The position numbers and the translations under genes are program-made. Under the pieces are notes generated by a model, which worked only from the letters and a program-made list of their open reading frames with translations, was not told where the DNA came from and did not search any database. DNA of 28,737 nt from a virus (lineage: Duplodnaviria; Caudoviricetes), in the IMG/VR virus record IMGVR_UViG_3300033125_000635, positions 1 to 28,737 of that record. One strand, written 5' to 3'. The first letter of the stretch is position 1. Each line of letters starts with the position of its first letter. This document shows positions 25,800 to 28,737 of the stretch, piece after piece.

Positions 25800-26541
25800 T
25801 TACAAATATTACAAAGAAGATAATAGCGTAGTTAATGATCTTGAAATGTTTTTGCTATCCAAGCTACAAACTAAAGATAGAAGCAAAGCGTTAGAAGAGA
25901 TTATCAAACATAACATTTCTACTGCTCATCATTATGCTATTAAATATCGTTGGTGTAATATCTCATATGATGATCTTGTTCAATACGCAATAGCAGGAAT
26001 CATCTCAGCTGCTGATAACTTTAAACCTGATAAAAACACTAAATTTAGTACCTTTTGTACTCATTATATTATTGGTCGTATCAAAAGAGCTTTAGAGCAA
26101 CATAACAATACAATTAGAATACCTGCTCATATAAATCTTGCCTTATTAAGAGTTTCCACACTTGATCCATTTCAAAATATTACAGACGAAGAATTATCAC
26201 GATACACTACAGATAGATATAAACTACATCATTTACGCCAAGCTTTAGAAGTTAAAAAATACCAAATGATAGATCTTAATGATATTTATGATTTATCCGA
26301 AAAAAAACAAAACAAAACTGATATTAAACTTATGATAGAGCATATGATGCTCCTACTAAATGAAAAAGAAAAAACAGCATTGCAACTTAAATATGGCTTG
26401 AATAATAACAGAATACATACATTTGCTGAAATTGATAAGATTATAAATATTGACACTGAAAATCTACTATTAGGCGTATTTAGGAAATTAAGAAGTAAGT
26501 TTGATAGTTCTTTAATTTTGGAGTTGTTAAGGGATGAGTAA
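25774..26541 (+). CDS. Phage-encoded RNA polymerase sigma factor, sigma70/RpoD-like
   Basis: Region 2: DDLVQYAIAGIISAADNFKPDKNTKFSTFCTHYIIGRIKRA...TIRIP; region 4: LNEKEKTALQLKYGL...TFAEI. Confidence 0.88.
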   Translation: MPRIKTWNDYKYYKEDNSVVNDLEMFLLSKLQTKDRSKALEEIIKHNISTAHHYAIKYRWCNISYDDLVQYAIAGIISAADNFKPDKNTKFSTFCTHYIIGRIKRALEQHNNTIRIPAHINLALLRVSTLDPFQNITDEELSRYTTDRYKLHHLRQALEVKKYQMIDLNDIYDLSEKKQNKTDIKLMIEHMMLLLNEKEKTALQLKYGLNNNRIHTFAEIDKIINIDTENLLLGVFRKLRSKFDSSLILELLRDE

Positions 26542-26959
26542 AACAGAAGAAAAGAAACCAGAGATTATTTCTCTCCTAATTCAAGGTAAAACTTTAGGAG
26601 AAGTACAAAAAGCTACTGGTGTATCTAAAAGTCAAATCTGGAGAATTAAAGAACAGATAAAAGAAGGCAAGTATCAAGCTTCTTTAATGGAAGTTCAAGA
26701 AAATATAGGTGAATTAATTGCTGAAAGTCTTTTATTACATCTTAAAGGTATGAATAATATAGCGAGGATGGCTTGTGAGGAAAGATATATCGGACAACAG
26801 GACGCCAAAAGTATTGCAGAATTACATAGGACATTGGAATCTTGGTCCATTAGTATTCTCGAAGCCTCAAACAACTTACAACAATCCAAGCAATTGGAAG
26901 AACAGTATTCACAAGACAACCAATTCAGATACATTGAAATTGATTCCACCGATAAATGA
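26534..26959 (+). CDS. terS: Terminase small subunit (N-terminal HTH)
   Basis: GKTLGEVQKATGVSKSQIWRI HTH plus helical body; directly upstream of terL. Confidence 0.7.
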   Translation: MSKTEEKKPEIISLLIQGKTLGEVQKATGVSKSQIWRIKEQIKEGKYQASLMEVQENIGELIAESLLLHLKGMNNIARMACEERYIGQQDAKSIAELHRTLESWSISILEASNNLQQSKQLEEQYSQDNQFRYIEIDSTDK

Positions 26960-28259
26960 GTTTCATAAATATTTAATTCAAACATCTCCTAAAACTTGGA
27001 ACTTACATTCTCCGCATATTCTGTTACTTTGCAAATATTTACAAGATGTTGCTGATGGAAAAATTAAAAGATTAGCAATATCACAGCCACCAAGAAGTGG
27101 AAAGAGTGAAACCTTATGTAGATTTGCTGCTTTTATGCTTGAAAAAAGGTCAAATAGTAATGTTCTTTGCTGTGGATATAATCAGAGCATAGGAAGAAGA
27201 TTTAGTCGTAAAACAAGAACTATTTTAGACCAAAGAATTGGTTTATCAAAAAACCATCAAAGTATAGATGAATGGAGTATTGATAATGGATCTGTTTATT
27301 ATGTCGGTTCAGTAAACTCACCAAAAACTGGCATCGGTTTCCAACTTGTTATTTGTGATGACTTAATTAAGAACAGGGAAGAAGCATCATCTCCTGTTAT
27401 TACTGAAAAATTGCGTGACTTTTATAAAGAAGATCTCTATTCAAGGCTCGAACCCTCCGGATCTATGATACTTGTAGGAACCAGATGGAGTGAGAATGAT
27501 CCTATTGCTTATGCTATTTCGTTAGATGATAGTTTTGTAGTAATCAATGTAGCTGCAATTTGTGATGATGAAGAGAATGATCCTTTAAATCGTAAACTTG
27601 GTGAGAGTATATTTCCAGAAAGATATTCCACTGAAGATTATTTAGCTATTAAAGATGTTATGGGTGAATTTGCATTTAGTAGTTTATATCAAGGCAAACC
27701 AGTTCCTAAAGATGGTGGATTATTTAATGTTAAATCTCTCAATTATATTAATGAAATTCCAAAGATTATTAGAAAAGTACGTTCTTGGGATGTTGCAGCT
27801 TCTGATGGAAAAAATGACTACTCTGCTTCTTCTCTATTAGGAATTGATAGTGATGGCAACTATTATATTTTAGATGTTTGGCGTGGTCAATTAGGAACAA
27901 AAGAAAGAGATATAAAAATACTTGACACTGCAAAAATAGATGGACCAGAAGTAAAAATAATACTACCTGAGGACCCTGGAGCAGGTGGAAAAAGTATGAC
28001 TGTTTACTGGTCTAAAATGTTAGCTGGTTTTAATGTAAAGTTTGAAAGACCATTAGGGAATAAAACATCAAGAGCAGAACCATTAGCAGTTCAAATAAAT
28101 AATGGTAATTTTTATATATTGAGAAGTGATTGGAATCGTGATATGATTAGAGAAATGGAGATGTTTCCTTTCTCTAAAAATGATGATCAAATTGATAGCC
28201 TTTCATCAGGATTCAATGATTTAGTTTTGAAAAATGTAAGAAAGTTTTATGCGGTGTAA
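26775..28259 (+). CDS. terL: Terminase large subunit (start uncertain)
   Basis: Walker A QPPRSGKS, Walker B VICDD, nuclease motifs RSWDVA and DDQIDS. Confidence 0.95.
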   Translation: MRKDISDNRTPKVLQNYIGHWNLGPLVFSKPQTTYNNPSNWKNSIHKTTNSDTLKLIPPINEFHKYLIQTSPKTWNLHSPHILLLCKYLQDVADGKIKRLAISQPPRSGKSETLCRFAAFMLEKRSNSNVLCCGYNQSIGRRFSRKTRTILDQRIGLSKNHQSIDEWSIDNGSVYYVGSVNSPKTGIGFQLVICDDLIKNREEASSPVITEKLRDFYKEDLYSRLEPSGSMILVGTRWSENDPIAYAISLDDSFVVINVAAICDDEENDPLNRKLGESIFPERYSTEDYLAIKDVMGEFAFSSLYQGKPVPKDGGLFNVKSLNYINEIPKIIRKVRSWDVAASDGKNDYSASSLLGIDSDGNYYILDVWRGQLGTKERDIKILDTAKIDGPEVKIILPEDPGAGGKSMTVYWSKMLAGFNVKFERPLGNKTSRAEPLAVQINNGNFYILRSDWNRDMIREMEMFPFSKNDDQIDSLSSGFNDLVLKNVRKFYAV

Positions 28260-28260
28260 T

Positions 28261-28737
28261 ATGGCAAATTATAAAGGTAGAATTCCAGTTGATCCTGAAA
28301 TTAGATTTTTTAATAAAGTGAAAAAAACAGATACTTGCTGGATTTGGCAAGGAGCTAAACATTCATATAAAGGATATGGATCTTTCAGTAATGGTAAAAA
28401 AATAGTCAAAACACATAGGTTTGCATATGAGCATTTTGTAGATTCTATACCTGAAGGATTTTGTGTTTTGCATAAGTGTGATAATCCATCTTGTGTACGA
28501 CCTGATCATTTATTTCTTGGAACAAATCAAGATAATGTTGATGATAAATTATCAAAAAATAGACATCCTCGTGGTTCTCAATGTGTAAATAATAAATTAT
28601 CTGATGATGAAGTTATTGAAATCAAAAAAGCTCAATTACATTATTATTGGGGTCAAAATACCGATCTTGCTCATTTTTATAAAGTAAGTAATAGAACAAT
28701 CTCTGATATCAAAATTGGCAAAAGATGGTCTCATATA
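28261..28737 (+). CDS. HNH homing endonuclease (absent from the ORF track; ends at nt 12 if circular)
   Basis: MANYKGRIPVDPEIRFFNKVKKTDTCWIWQG...VLHKCDNPSCVRPDHLFLGTNQDN...KRWSHI; 159 codons with no stop before the window end. Confidence 0.9.
   Translation, partial: MANYKGRIPVDPEIRFFNKVKKTDTCWIWQGAKHSYKGYGSFSNGKKIVKTHRFAYEHFVDSIPEGFCVLHKCDNPSCVRPDHLFLGTNQDNVDDKLSKNRHPRGSQCVNNKLSDDEVIEIKKAQLHYYWGQNTDLAHFYKVSNRTISDIKIGKRWSHI

Larger units (their letters stand above)
1..28737. mobile_element. Probably complete circularly permuted tailed-phage genome (siphovirus-like)
   Basis: Full head, neck, tail, lysis and packaging gene set. terL at the right end and portal at the left end become near neighbours on circularisation, and the last ORF closes in frame across the junction (CAT ATA | CAG ATA CCG TAA). 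Confidence 0.85.

Noticed and set aside
725-27840. Shadow ORFs in the track (725-967, 1260-1538, 4745-5008, 5420-5638, 5999-6553, 8337-8570, 10758-10940, 10965-11366, 13273-13485, 19009-19212, 20526-20729, 26695-26985, 27655-27840)
   Set aside because: They overlap well-supported genes on the opposite strand or in another frame and have no recognisable motifs
1-28737. Stop-codon reassignment
   Set aside because: The standard code gives dense, full-length genes, and TAA, TAG and TGA all end genes at sensible positions

Overview
The window looks like a complete, circularly permuted ~28.7 kb AT-rich siphovirus-type (HK97/lambda-like head and tail) phage genome opened just before the portal gene. 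An HNH ORF that runs off the right end (28261-28737) closes in frame on the first 12 bases. Gene order: portal, HNH, degenerate tRNA-Thr(UGU), an inserted sigma70-driven operon of small unknown ORFs, prohead protease, major capsid, neck genes interrupted by a tandem LamG protein and an 869-aa repeat protein, tail tube, tail chaperone with a -1 frameshift, tape measure, two large tail-tip proteins, CHAP-like endolysin, holin, three leftward nuclease genes, a divergent control region, a Cro/XRE HTH, a phage RpoD-like sigma factor, terS, terL and HNH. I recognise no integrase, polymerase, helicase, primase or SSB. The most striking unexplained signals are (i) nine TAT triplets at an exact 11-bp period (24502-24600), a candidate origin or protein-filament site; (ii) a CGTAAAATA(N5)AGA motif upstream of three structural operons, a candidate promoter for the phage sigma; (iii) an ATAAC-N9-TATAAT motif in four sigma70-type promoters, some apparently leaderless; and (iv) a possible antisense-RNA/leader-ORF switch in front of the lysis genes. 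All product calls come from motif recognition and synteny; no database search was run.
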